A stretch of DNA of 64,000 nt from Nitrospirales bacterium (GCA_963555755.3 OY820905.2:1792001-1856000); one strand, 5' to 3'; shown: positions 52,991-63,427, numbered from the stretch's first letter. Numbers and translations: made by a program. The notes: generated by a model from the letters alone, not told the origin.

Positions 52991-55059
52991 TAAGCCCGAA
53001 CGGCAAGTTCGAGTTGTTGTTTTACAGCAGCCATCACGTGATCAACGGTAAATCCAAAATGTTTGGTCAGATCCTTCAGCGGCGCTGACGATCCAAAGGT
53101 GTGCATGCCAATGCTCGTCCCCGTCAGTCCCACATACCGGCTCCACCCAAAAGTTGTCGCCTGTTCGACCGAGACCCGAGCCGTCACGCCGGGAGGAATG
53201 ACCGAGTCCCGATAGTCTTGACTCTGCTGTTCAAACAATTCCCACGACGGCATACTCACCACACGCGCTTTTATCCCATCCACTTTCAATTGTTCGTAGG
53301 CATCCACGCACAGCGGCACTTCACTTCCGGTAGCCAGCAATAACACTTCAGGCTTGCCATCATCGGCATCAGCCAACACGTAAGCACCCTGAGCGACACC
53401 AAGGGCCGATGCATACAGTGTGCGGTCCAACGTCGGAAGGGCTTGTCGAGTTAAGGCCAGTACCACGGGTTGATGTTGGAGTTGCATGATCACTCGCCAG
53501 GCTTCGACCACTTCATTCGCATCACCGGGTCGAAGGGTGACCAACCCCGGAATGGCTCGCAGAGATGCCAATTGCTCAATGGGTTGATGCGTCGGACCAT
53601 CCTCTCCCACGCCAATGGAATCATGCGTGAACACGTAAATCACCGGGATTTCCATCATAGCTGCGAGACGAATAGACGGCCGGCCGTAGTCACTAAAGAT
53701 CAAAAACCCGGAACCATACGCCCGAACTTTCGACAACGACATACCGCTCATAATCGCGCCCATGGCATGTTCCCGAACACCGAAGTGCAGATTTCGTCCA
53801 CCTGGAGTAGTCGCTTCACAGTCGCCTGCACCATCAAAAGTCAAACGGGTTTTGGTTGAGGGCGCCAGATCCGCGGCCCCGCCCATCAGCCAGGGGACTT
53901 CCTTCGCAATCGCATTGAGGACTTTCCCTGACGATTCCCGTGTGGCTAGACCCTTTTTGTCGGCAGGAAATTCCGTCAACCCTCGAGCCCATCCTTCCGG
54001 GAGTTGTCGATGCTGCATTTTGTACAATTGATCCGCGAGGTCTGGATACTGTGTTGTGTACTCCTGAACCTTCGCCATCCACAACTCTCGATTCGCTTTG
54101 CCTCGCTGTCCCATGCCAGCTTGAAAATGCTGAATGACTTCTTCCGGAACCAAGAACTTGGCGTCTTCGGGCCACCCATAATTTTTCTTGGTCAGGCGAA
54201 TTTCTTCTTCACCCAAAGGCTCACCGTGCGCACCATGAGTGTCCTGTTTATTCGGTGAGCCAAACGCAATATGACTATCAACAATAATCAGAGTGGGCCT
54301 GGTGTTTTCCTCCTGAAACGCACGGAAAGCACCGGACAGTTTTTCTAAATTATTGGCATCGTCAACGTAGGCCACCTTCCATCCATACGCTCGAAAGCGG
54401 GCCCCTACATCTTCACTAAACGCCAACGCCGTCTTTCCCTCAATCGTGATTTTATTGTTGTCATAGATCCAACACAGATTTGACAATTTTAAGTGGGCAG
54501 CCAGTGAGGCCGCTTCACTCGACACGCCCTCCATCATACAGCCATCCCCACACAGGGAATACACATCATAGTTGATGATGTCGAATCCCGGGCGATTAAA
54601 ATACTCGGCCATCCAGCGCTGAGCCATCGCCATCCCAACACTATTCCCCAGGCCCTGCCCAAGCGGCCCCGTCGTGGTTTCGACCCCCGAGATCCAATGG
54701 TATTCAGGATGCCCAGGGCATTTGCTCTCCAATTGCCGAAACCGTTTTATTTCGTCAAGTGGAACTGCCAGATCAATCGTGGCCCCGTATTCATTATTCA
54801 CGGCCTTGACTTGGGATAGATGCAACATGGCATAGAGGAGCATCGAGGCATGGCCGATGGAAAGGACAAATCGATCGCGGTTGGGCCAAATAGGATCATC
54901 AGGATCAAATTGAAGAAATTGATTCCAGAGGCAATAGGTCACAGGCGCCATGGCCATAGGCGTTCCCGGATGACCGGATTTGGCGGCTTGCACGGCATCC
55001 ATGGCCAACGTCCGAATGGTATTGATACTTAATTGTTCGGTAGAAATTTGATCAGCCAC
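52990..55059 (-). CDS. tkt: Transketolase
   Basis: SGHPG, NRDRFVLS.GH, GDGCMMEG, THDSIGVGEDGPTHQP. Confidence 0.97.
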   Translation of the reverse strand: MADQISTEQLSINTIRTLAMDAVQAAKSGHPGTPMAMAPVTYCLWNQFLQFDPDDPIWPNRDRFVLSIGHASMLLYAMLHLSQVKAVNNEYGATIDLAVPLDEIKRFRQLESKCPGHPEYHWISGVETTTGPLGQGLGNSVGMAMAQRWMAEYFNRPGFDIINYDVYSLCGDGCMMEGVSSEAASLAAHLKLSNLCWIYDNNKITIEGKTALAFSEDVGARFRAYGWKVAYVDDANNLEKLSGAFRAFQEENTRPTLIIVDSHIAFGSPNKQDTHGAHGEPLGEEEIRLTKKNYGWPEDAKFLVPEEVIQHFQAGMGQRGKANRELWMAKVQEYTTQYPDLADQLYKMQHRQLPEGWARGLTEFPADKKGLATRESSGKVLNAIAKEVPWLMGGAADLAPSTKTRLTFDGAGDCEATTPGGRNLHFGVREHAMGAIMSGMSLSKVRAYGSGFLIFSDYGRPSIRLAAMMEIPVIYVFTHDSIGVGEDGPTHQPIEQLASLRAIPGLVTLRPGDANEVVEAWRVIMQLQHQPVVLALTRQALPTLDRTLYASALGVAQGAYVLADADDGKPEVLLLATGSEVPLCVDAYEQLKVDGIKARVVSMPSWELFEQQSQDYRDSVIPPGVTARVSVEQATTFGWSRYVGLTGTSIGMHTFGSSAPLKDLTKHFGFTVDHVMAAVKQQLELAVRA

Positions 55060-55488
55060 GGTCTCGTCCTTCCGGCAGGAAAACAGATGGTCAAATTTAT
55101 AGAAGCTTTGGGCTCACAATGTTGTGAACACCCCCTTGAACCCCCAAGTACTATACCAAAATCGGTTCTGGCATACAGTACTCGTTCTTGATCTTTACGT
55201 AAAATCCTATCATTTTAATCGGTTTTTCCATACTGAAAATTACAGAAACATACGATCCTACTGAGAAAATTAGTTCAGAATTCGCCCGATTAAGTCCTTT
55301 AGACTGCTTTAAGTGGCTATTTTACCTCTGGAAGGTTTTCAGGGCTTTTCGGCTAAGGATGGGGAAAACCCACTGGAAGGCATATTTTTTGAACCTGCCC
55401 CGTATATCCCCCTGTATATCAATGACTTGCCATACCCTGGTGACAATTGCAAACTCAGCACGCGCCGTCTTATGATGCACCAGAAGAT

Positions 55489-55683
55489 ATGAAAGTCCAC
55501 CTCACTCATCCCCCAAAAGATCTCGACATTCCAGGGCCTACGATTGTTCGACAATTGCTCCAGCAATTGCAACTCACCCCCGAAGCCTACCTTGTGATCC
55601 GTGGCGACGACCTCGTCACTGAGGACGAAGTCTTAAACGATTCCGACTCCATTGAAATTCGATCAGTCATTTCAGGGGGCTAA
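55489..55683 (+). CDS. ThiS/MoaD-like sulfur carrier (TtuB-like)
   Basis: 64 aa ending VISGG, directly upstream of the thiolase gene. Confidence 0.85.
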   Translation: MKVHLTHPPKDLDIPGPTIVRQLLQQLQLTPEAYLVIRGDDLVTEDEVLNDSDSIEIRSVISGG

Positions 55684-55692
55684 CCCATTCCC

Positions 55693-56625
55693 ATGCGCTG
55701 CAAGAAATGTCCCCAACGTGCCGCCATCAAATTGCCTCAGCATAATATTTCGTATTGCAAAGACTGCTTTACGGAATTTGTCCACTCCCAAGTTGCCAAA
55801 GCTATAAAAAAGCAAAAGATGTTTACTCCTGAAGACCGCATTCTGGTGGCAGTCTCTGGAGGCAAAGATAGTCTGGCCCTCTGGGCGATCTTGTTGAAAT
55901 TAGGCTACCGTGCCGATGCGCTGTACCTTGATTTGGGCATCGGGAATTATTCCGTTCAGTCTCGGCACAAGGTCGACCATTTCCACGAAACCGTTGCCCA
56001 ACCACGAGGAGCAACGCTTCACATCCATACCCTGGCGGAAAACGAAGGAGCTGGCGTGAAGGAGTTGGCAACGATGATGCATCGCCCCACATGCTCAACC
56101 TGCGGCACGATGAAGCGATATCATTTTAATCGAACGGCCCTTGAAAAAGATTATGATGTCATGGCCACCGGACATAATTTGGATGACGAGGCCGCCAGAC
56201 TGTTGGGAAATGTCTTGCGCTGGCAGACAGAGTTTTTGGATAAGCAATCTCCGACGCTTCCGGCCTCAGTGGAGGGATTCGCCAAAAAAGTCAAACCCTT
56301 GTATCGGTTAACCGAGCGGGAGATGGCCGCCTACGCCGTCATCAATAAGATTTCCTACATCGTGGATGAATGCCCCATGGCCAAGGGCTCCAAGATGTTG
56401 GTGTACAAAGACGTGCTCAATCGATTAGAAACCGAATCTCCGGGAACCAAGCAATCGTTTTATTTGAAATTTCTCGACAAGCAAGCCAAAGAGCAAGCCA
56501 GCACCGGCAGCATCACCTCACACGATCAACAACGCCTCACTCCGTGCCAAACCTGCGGCCAGCCCACCTCCATGGAAGTCTGCACCTACTGCAAAATGAT
56601 GACCAAGGCCAAAACACACGTGTAG
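55693..56625 (+). CDS. ttuA: tRNA 2-thiolation ATPase (TtuA/Ncs6 family)
   Basis: N- and C-terminal CxxC fingers, SGGKDS PP-loop, CSTCG, TGHNLDDEA. Confidence 0.8.
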   Translation: MRCKKCPQRAAIKLPQHNISYCKDCFTEFVHSQVAKAIKKQKMFTPEDRILVAVSGGKDSLALWAILLKLGYRADALYLDLGIGNYSVQSRHKVDHFHETVAQPRGATLHIHTLAENEGAGVKELATMMHRPTCSTCGTMKRYHFNRTALEKDYDVMATGHNLDDEAARLLGNVLRWQTEFLDKQSPTLPASVEGFAKKVKPLYRLTEREMAAYAVINKISYIVDECPMAKGSKMLVYKDVLNRLETESPGTKQSFYLKFLDKQAKEQASTGSITSHDQQRLTPCQTCGQPTSMEVCTYCKMMTKAKTHV

Positions 56626-56745
56626 TAAGAATTACTCCATCAAGACCCCTCAATAAATTTGAAAGGCTTGGTGCACTTACCACACATCCAGCACATTTGG
56701 ATCAATTGGGAATTAGGGAATAAAATAGGACGGCAGGAGAGTCAA

Positions 56746-57126
56746 TTACTGAGGAAGGTCGATTACCATTTCTTTTCCACCATTCCCGTGGACCGAATCT
56801 CTGGCCCGAATGCGGACTTGCTTGGTTCCTGGTGGAATTTTGAGGTGAGACAGTGAACGAGTGAACGGCTGTTCATGGAGGTGAGGGTGGACCAGTTTTC
56901 GAGTCCCCAGGACCTTGCCATTCATTGAAAGCACTTCCCACAAATCGGCATAGTGCTCCCACCCTTCATCTGCATGCTGAACCGTCACTGTAAACTGACA
57001 CACCAGCCCAACATCACACCTAGCCTGGCCAGCAATAACGTTTGCCTTCCCGGCCCAAGAAAGACTTGGGCTGAACAATAAAATATAGATAACAAACCCC
57101 CAAGGACCCTTCATACAATCGCCCAT
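56746..57126 (-). CDS. Conserved exported hypothetical protein
   Basis: Signal peptide, H.DEGWEHYAD.W, HPH..EQPFTRS, RARDSVHG. Confidence 0.85.
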   Translation of the reverse strand: MGDCMKGPWGFVIYILLFSPSLSWAGKANVIAGQARCDVGLVCQFTVTVQHADEGWEHYADLWEVLSMNGKVLGTRKLVHPHLHEQPFTRSLSHLKIPPGTKQVRIRARDSVHGNGGKEMVIDLPQ

Positions 57127-57169
57127 TCCATCGGCATTACCCTTTCTTCAAGTAAACCTAAACACAACT

Positions 57170-57784
57170 TTATTTTCCATATTTAAAAAACCCGTTAAAA
57201 ATCGTTCGCCAAATCTTCTCATTCCTATCCCATTCCTTGGCAGGGCACTCAAAATAAACAATATATACTTGGTCCAATTCATCGAACGATTGAAACACCT
57301 TATGAACTAGGATCGGATACCCCTCGGACCCAGTAAATTTGACGCGGTGGATTTCTTTCTTAAACGATCCAAAATCCATAACGGGATCTACCCTTATGAC
57401 TTCAACGCCTTCCTTTTCTCTTTCCGCTCTTGCCCATGCCAACATAAATTCAGTAGGAGTTGCCCCCGAACGCTTACGAATATTGTCAATAAGGGTGACA
57501 CTTGCACCTGTGCGAAACTTTCCTTCTTTCCGCACATCTTCTTTAGACACGGAACCGGTAAACGACCCATTGGCAGGTGAATGGGTTTCATGCCATTCCA
57601 CCGGACGCAACATGGCATATTTGATTTTAGGAAAAATTGCCCAACGGTATCCTTCAGGAGGAATCGGCAAATCTAACCCTCCGTCTGTATATATTTTTTT
57701 CGGTGAGTTTGAAGACGAAAAATTACAGGCTGTTATGGACCCAAGGAAAATTAAACAAAGAAATAGCAACAAAACCCTTTGCAT
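57170..57784 (-). CDS. Hypothetical lipoprotein (AT-rich)
   Basis: Lipobox ITAC. Confidence 0.75.
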   Translation of the reverse strand: MQRVLLLFLCLIFLGSITACNFSSSNSPKKIYTDGGLDLPIPPEGYRWAIFPKIKYAMLRPVEWHETHSPANGSFTGSVSKEDVRKEGKFRTGASVTLIDNIRKRSGATPTEFMLAWARAEREKEGVEVIRVDPVMDFGSFKKEIHRVKFTGSEGYPILVHKVFQSFDELDQVYIVYFECPAKEWDRNEKIWRTIFNGFFKYGK

Positions 57785-57889
57785 AAATCTAGCCTTTCTT
57801 TTTACAAAAAAACTGACGCGACTTCTTTCTTCGTTAAGTCAGAAACACCTCAAAGATTTCACATTCCGCACCAAGTAAAAAAATCTCTC

Positions 57890-58288
57890 TCACAACTTTT
57901 CTTCTAACTTTTCCAAAATATCATCAGTCCAATCTGTTGCAAAAATATTCCTTTCTACGGCTCTTTTTGAAACGACTTCCACATGCGTTCGATCCTGATT
58001 TACAGCCTGTGTAAAAATCGCAACGTTCTCACCATAACTCAAAATTGTGAGTCCCCTCTGAGCAAGAAAATAACCTTTTTCGCGATTTGCATCGACGAGG
58101 TCTAAACCTAAGTCTGATAGCACTAATGGCATCACAGACCAAATTTTCTCGACAGGGGAATTATATTCCCTTGAAAGCCCTGATCCTTTTCCTCTTAAAG
58201 CATCTCCTAAGGTATGGGTTGCACATCCTGATAGCACCAAAAGAGCAGCTATTAAAAGAGCACACCGCGTTGTAACTTGCAGGTTCAT
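57890..58288 (-). CDS. Hypothetical lipoprotein (AT-rich)
   Basis: Lipobox LSGC, SYGENVAIF. Confidence 0.8.
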   Translation of the reverse strand: MNLQVTTRCALLIAALLVLSGCATHTLGDALRGKGSGLSREYNSPVEKIWSVMPLVLSDLGLDLVDANREKGYFLAQRGLTILSYGENVAIFTQAVNQDRTHVEVVSKRAVERNIFATDWTDDILEKLEEKL

Positions 58289-58399
58289 AATTTTTCACCT
58301 AATCCTATTCACTCACTTAAGAGGTCCTAAGAATGCAAAAATAAGTATTTAATCTAAGGCAGGTTGGTTTAAGAGGGAGAAAATTTTGTCTTCCTTCTA

Positions 58400-58566
58400 T
58401 GCGTCTTTGGCCCAGCCGAGACTCCGGCTGCATCCGACTTTTAGGCGAGGACTGTTTGAGTAGAGCGAGTTCCGCAGCCATAGGGATTCAGCCGGGGTCG
58501 CAAGGCACCCGAACGGTTGGGCCAGGACGCGAATGATTTTGGTCATTTTGCCGAAACAAAAGGACT
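58400..58566 (-). repeat. Structured repeat family K, third copy
   Basis: CTGTTTGAG..GAGCGAGTT and TTTTGCCGAAACAAAAGGAC. Confidence 0.7.
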
Positions 58567-58574
58567 TAAAAAAA

Positions 58575-58967
58575 TCAACTCCCATCATCCTTAAAAATAT
58601 CCTCTAGCTTCTGTTGCAACCTCTCTTGGGTTACCGGTTTGACCAAGTACCCGTCGGCTCCGGCCAGGATCGCTTCCCGGATATGTTTGTGATCGTCATC
58701 GGCTGTGACCATAAGAACCTTCATGGACTTCAGCGATAAATCGGTCTTGACGAATTTGAGTAACTCCATCCCATCCATCTCCGGCATGTGCCAATCGGCT
58801 AATAGCAGGTCGAAGGCTTGCCCTTGTAGTTGCTCTTGTGCCTCCTGGCCATTGACCACAGCCACCACATTGGTGACACCTAATTTATCAAGGAGTAGCA
58901 CGACAAGCTTTCGCCCATCCGGATGATCTTCAGCGACAAGAACGGATTTGTTAGCATACTTTTTCAT
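58575..58967 (-). CDS. CheY-like single-domain response regulator, copy 1
   Basis: VAED, ADWHMPEMDG, MVTA, KPVT. Confidence 0.92.
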   Translation of the reverse strand: MKKYANKSVLVAEDHPDGRKLVVLLLDKLGVTNVVAVVNGQEAQEQLQGQAFDLLLADWHMPEMDGMELLKFVKTDLSLKSMKVLMVTADDDHKHIREAILAGADGYLVKPVTQERLQQKLEDIFKDDGS

Positions 58968-59027
58968 GATTGGCAAACCCTTTGTTAATGAACGATGGTG
59001 TGGTACGACTGTGTTTTCTATTCCTAA

Positions 59028-59105
59028 TGGGGTCAGACTCGATTAAATACGATCATCTCGACTGACTAGGGGCACCGCTCGCCATTTAATCGAGTCTGAC
59101 CCCAT
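59028..59105. repeat. 21-bp perfect inverted repeat TGGGGTCAGACTCGATTAAAT
   Basis: Arms at 59028-59048 and 59085-59105 (approximate). Confidence 0.8.
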
Positions 59106-59270
59106 TTAGTCCATTTCGCAGCTCGGTGCCCAGGGTATACGAGCGTCTCAATGGCCACTGCCGCGCGGAAGAAGCAGCATAAGATGCCGCGGCTACACTT
59201 GCAGGGGAACGCAGGGGGAACTCCCCCTGCACCCCCCACTTGCCGGAAAATTATCACATCACTCGAATGA

Positions 59271-59969
59271 TCAAATCACCACCCCCCGCCGGGCACGTCG
59301 CCACCCAATCAGCCCCACTAACCCACTACCCAACAGCACCATCGTACTGGGTTCCGGTACGGGCGAACGCACGGCCCAGCCGAAAAACGAGTTGCCCATG
59401 TCGAAGTAGTTCTTTCTTAAGACATCCTGATAGCCAAAGCGGTGATAGTTGAAGTTCCACGCGAGGTCGGTATCCGGCGCGAACTCCGTACCAGACCAAT
59501 ACCTTCCGGCCTGCACGTTCTCAAACACCCCAGGGGCCGCCGCGGTGATGCCCTCCACATTGAACAAGTGCCCCATCTCACTGCCGGTACAGCCAGTGCC
59601 AAAGCCTAGATAGCCAAAGCCTGGTACTTCACCTTGTTTCTCACAATCCGGATCCGGCTGCGTCGTCGTCGGTAGCCGCCAGTTATTGAACCCTTTGTAA
59701 TTGGCCACATTCATCCCGGCAATCCAACTGTTGGCGGTGTCCCAGAACATGCTTCCATTGTCGGCGATCCCCCCGTCTTTGACGTCTTTGTTCTCTAATC
59801 CAAACAGTTTCGTGTACGCCAAGTTGGCATCTTTGAGCCACGTCACGTTGAGATGGTCGTCGTAGATCAGGCCATTGCCTCGATCGATCAGCGTCGCCCC
59901 CGCCGGGGCCACTGCCACACTGGTCAATAACGCCAAACTCACAACTCCTTTGATCAATAAGGCTTTCAT
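59271..59969 (-). CDS. PEP-CTERM protein with DUF1566-like domain
   Basis: Signal peptide, NWRLPT, YWSGT, WAVR, VPEPSTMVLLGSGLVGLIGWRR. Confidence 0.92.
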   Translation of the reverse strand: MKALLIKGVVSLALLTSVAVAPAGATLIDRGNGLIYDDHLNVTWLKDANLAYTKLFGLENKDVKDGGIADNGSMFWDTANSWIAGMNVANYKGFNNWRLPTTTQPDPDCEKQGEVPGFGYLGFGTGCTGSEMGHLFNVEGITAAAPGVFENVQAGRYWSGTEFAPDTDLAWNFNYHRFGYQDVLRKNYFDMGNSFFGWAVRSPVPEPSTMVLLGSGLVGLIGWRRARRGVVI

Positions 59970-60507
59970 AGGATTCCCTTCCGTTGAAGTGATAAGTGTA
60001 TAAGATAGGAGCTAAGTATACCTATCCATGGTTGTCGAGTTACCTACTCTGCAAGGGCCACGCCACACACCGAGCCGCCGATTGAAGTGGTGCATTCGAA
60101 CGCGTTCACGAAAAATGTGTGGTGTTGTGTGGTGTTGTTGCGTCACGCATCAAGCGCGGGTGGCACGGCAGGTTTGCCACCACCGTAAAGGGTTCCGACA
60201 CCCGCTGCGCAGGAAGGCGAGGCAACGAGAACCACGGGGCATCATTGACCATGTCCTGAACCTCCTGAACACGAACGAGCCCCGGTGAAACGTGTAAAAT
60301 TTTGTGACAGGTTCTTGAGGGCTTTTGGACGGAGGGGGGAGGGACATACTACCTCATAGGGCTAATTGCCTCTGTTCATGCGGGCTGTCGTGCATCATGG
60401 CGACACCCGCTGCGCAGCTCTCACCGTGGAAAGAATCCCGACATCCCCCAAACGAGGGAGGCCTAGGCTCACATCCCATAGTTCAGATAGCCGAGTTGAT
60501 CAACAAA

Positions 60508-60648
60508 GGGCACCTCTCACAACCAGTCATTTTTTGTGAGGGCAAGGAAGCCGCGCGCGGAAAACCGGCGTGTATGGGCGAATACATGAGGAGTTGAGCA
60601 CGCGGCTGACGCCGCCCTCACGGAAAAGGACGGTTTGTAGAGGTGCCC
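60508..60648 (-). repeat. MITE-like family B, third copy
   Basis: Reverse complement of 34276-34416. Confidence 0.88.
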
Positions 60649-60758
60649 TACAGTCTTCGGCGGAAATGGTGCTGAGGAGCGATAGCGCATTGGTGGCATA
60701 GGACGGCTGACGCGTAGGGGGATTCTGATGAGCCGCCCGGGATACGCGGAAACCCCTT

Positions 60759-61145
60759 CTATTCATCCTTAAAAATATCTTCTAGCTTCTGTTGCAACCT
60801 CTCTTGTGTGACCGGCTTGATCAAGTACCCGTCGGCTCCGGCCAGGATCGCTTCCCGGATATGTTTGTGATCGTCATCGGCTGTGACCATAAGAACCTTC
60901 AGAGACTTCAGCGAGGAATCGGCCTTGACGGATTTGAGTAACTCCATCCCATCCATCTCCGGCATGTGCCAATCGGCTAATAGCAGGTCGAAGGCTTGCC
61001 CTTGTATCTGCTTCTGTGCCTCCTGGCCATTGACCACGGCCACCACATTGGCGATACCTAATTTATCCAGGAGTCGCACGACAAGCTTTCGCCCATCCGG
61101 ATGATCTTCGGCGACAAGAACGGATTTGTTGGCATATTTCTTCAT
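60759..61145 (-). CDS. CheY-like single-domain response regulator, copy 2
   Basis: Near-identical protein to 58575-58967. Confidence 0.92.
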   Translation of the reverse strand: MKKYANKSVLVAEDHPDGRKLVVRLLDKLGIANVVAVVNGQEAQKQIQGQAFDLLLADWHMPEMDGMELLKSVKADSSLKSLKVLMVTADDDHKHIREAILAGADGYLIKPVTQERLQQKLEDIFKDE

Positions 61146-61204
61146 GTTGGCGGCACCCTTTGTTGATAAACGATGGTGTGGTACGACTGTGTTTTCTATT
61201 CTTA

Positions 61205-61382
61205 GGCCCTGGGAGAAATTAACTTGAACATTTCGCGCCAAGATTTGTGGCAGATTTGGACGGAACGATTGAGAAACACCCGAGGCATAGCACAGCTATG
61301 TTGAGGGTGTTTCGATTGAGGCCTGTTCAAAGGTGGCTCGAAGATTGGATGCGAGATGTTCAAGTTAGTTTCTCCCAGGGCC
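61205..61382 (+). repeat. MITE-like family E, second copy
   Basis: Same core as 37131-37309, different but self-complementary TIR. Confidence 0.88.
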
Positions 61383-61580
61383 TAAAATGCGTGACGAATG
61401 GTACTGTACCCAGTCATAAATTTCCAGAAATACTCTTGTTGGAGAATTGGGTCCAGATTATTCGTTCGCTCCTAACCTGGGACCACCCCAAAATTGACCG
61501 AACCCTATCGACTATGCCACATTCGTTCTTCCTATACAGCAACGCATTAGACGAAGAAATACGATAGTTGGAGGACTGTT

Positions 61581-63254
61581 ATGGCTTTAGATCTCAAGCA
61601 CAAAAGTCGCGATTTAACCGAAGGTCCCGGGCGGGCTCCGGCTCGGGCCATGTTGCGAGCCGTAGGGCTCCGGGATGAGGATTTTTCCAAACCCTTGGTG
61701 GCGGTGGCCAACACGTGGTCCGAAATCACGCCTTGCAATTATCACCTACGTGAAATTGCGCAAAAGGTCAAAGAAGGCATTCGTGAGGCCGGTGGCGTGC
61801 CCATCGAGTTTAACACCGTGGTGGTCTCCGACGGCATCAGCATGGGCACGGAGGGCATGAAAGCCTCGTTGATCAGCCGTGAGGTGGTCGCCGACTCGAT
61901 TGAATTGGTGGTCCGTGGGCATTTGTTTGATGCGGTGGTGGCACTCTCCGGATGCGATAAGACCATTCCCGGCACCGTGATGGCGTTAGCCCGACTGAAT
62001 CTCCCCTCGCTCATGCTCTACGGTGGTTCGATCATGCCGGGAAAATTCCAAGGTCGCGATGTCTCGATTCAGGAAGTGTTTGAGGCGGTTGGGGCCCATG
62101 CTCGCGGCACAATGTCTGACGCGGAACTGCACGATCTGGAAACCCACGCCTGTCCGGGAGCCGGGTCATGCGGTGGCCAGTTTACGGCCAACACCATGTC
62201 CATTGCATTTGAATTTTTGGGCATTTCTCCTATGGGATTTAATGGCGTCCCGGCCTTGGATCCCAAAAAGGAATCGGTCTCTACTCAATGTGGACATTTG
62301 ATTATTGACCTGCTCAAACGCGACCTGCGGCCTAAGCAAATTATCACGCGAGATGCCTTGGAAAATGCCATTGCCGCCGTCGCCTCTACGGGTGGCTCCA
62401 CCAACGCCGTGCTCCATTTCCTAGCGCTCGCACATGAAATCGGGGTAGAACTGAATATGGATGACTTCGATACTATTAACCAGAGGATTCCACTTATCGC
62501 CGATTTAAAACCCGGTGGGCGGTACATGGCTGCTGACCTGTATCAAGCGGGGGGCACCCGCCTGGTAGCCAAACGATTGATTGATGCAGGTCTGCTCAAG
62601 AGCGAGTGCATCACCGTCACTGGACGCACGCTCAAAGAAGAAGCCGAGACTGCGTCAGAGACCTCTGGGCAAAAGGTGCTCTATCGGGTGGAAGAGCCGA
62701 TCAAGCCAACTGGCGGATTGGTGATCTTGCATGGAAATTTGGCGCCTGAAGGATGCGTGGTGAAAGTCGCGGGGAATAAAAAACTGACCCACACCGGACC
62801 GGCTAAGGTGTTTGATCGCGAAGAAGATGCATTTGCCGCCGTCCAGCAAGGCGGCATTGTGGACGGCGATGTGGTGGTTATTCGTTATGAAGGCCCGCAA
62901 GGTGGACCCGGCATGCGAGAAATGCTGGGTGTGACCAGTGCGATTGTGGGCGCGGGGCTTGGGGAAACAGTTGCGCTCCTAACAGACGGCCGATTCTCTG
63001 GCGCGACTCACGGATTGATGGCTGGGCATGTGGCTCCCGAAGCCAGTAAGGGTGGCCCGATCGCCACCGTGCGAACCGGGGATAGGATCACCATGGATAT
63101 CCCATCCCGTCGCTTGGACCTGAATATCACGCAAGAGGAAATGAATACCCGCCTCCAGCAATGGACAGCCCCTCCTCCTAATTATACGAGCGGCGTGTTG
63201 GCTAAATATGCCAAGACCGTATCATCTGCCTCAAAAGGCGCGGTGACCTGGTAA
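61581..63254 (+). CDS. ilvD: Dihydroxy-acid dehydratase
   Basis: [45 protein letters not shown]. Confidence 0.97.
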   Translation: MALDLKHKSRDLTEGPGRAPARAMLRAVGLRDEDFSKPLVAVANTWSEITPCNYHLREIAQKVKEGIREAGGVPIEFNTVVVSDGISMGTEGMKASLISREVVADSIELVVRGHLFDAVVALSGCDKTIPGTVMALARLNLPSLMLYGGSIMPGKFQGRDVSIQEVFEAVGAHARGTMSDAELHDLETHACPGAGSCGGQFTANTMSIAFEFLGISPMGFNGVPALDPKKESVSTQCGHLIIDLLKRDLRPKQIITRDALENAIAAVASTGGSTNAVLHFLALAHEIGVELNMDDFDTINQRIPLIADLKPGGRYMAADLYQAGGTRLVAKRLIDAGLLKSECITVTGRTLKEEAETASETSGQKVLYRVEEPIKPTGGLVILHGNLAPEGCVVKVAGNKKLTHTGPAKVFDREEDAFAAVQQGGIVDGDVVVIRYEGPQGGPGMREMLGVTSAIVGAGLGETVALLTDGRFSGATHGLMAGHVAPEASKGGPIATVRTGDRITMDIPSRRLDLNITQEEMNTRLQQWTAPPPNYTSGVLAKYAKTVSSASKGAVTW

Positions 63255-63392
63255 GGACTCTGGGTTCTCCTGGTTTGAGAGGTAGACTGTTGTCGATAAC
63301 TTGAAAATCCCCCTAACCCCCTTTTCCAAAGGGGGGATCTGAATAATCACCTCCAGGCAGAGCGCCAGGGAATAACAAGATTCAACAGACCT

Positions 63393-63427
63393 AAAAAAAA
63401 GGCGGGAAAGCTTTTGGCCTTCCCGCC
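63393..63427 (-). terminator. Intrinsic terminator
   Basis: GGCGGGAA/TTCCCGCC stem followed by a T8 tract on the minus strand. Confidence 0.75.

Noticed and set aside
60715..60758. Hammerhead ribozyme (CTGATGAG...GAAAC)
   Set aside because: The stem II closing pair before GAAA is not G-C and no stem III/NUH site can be drawn
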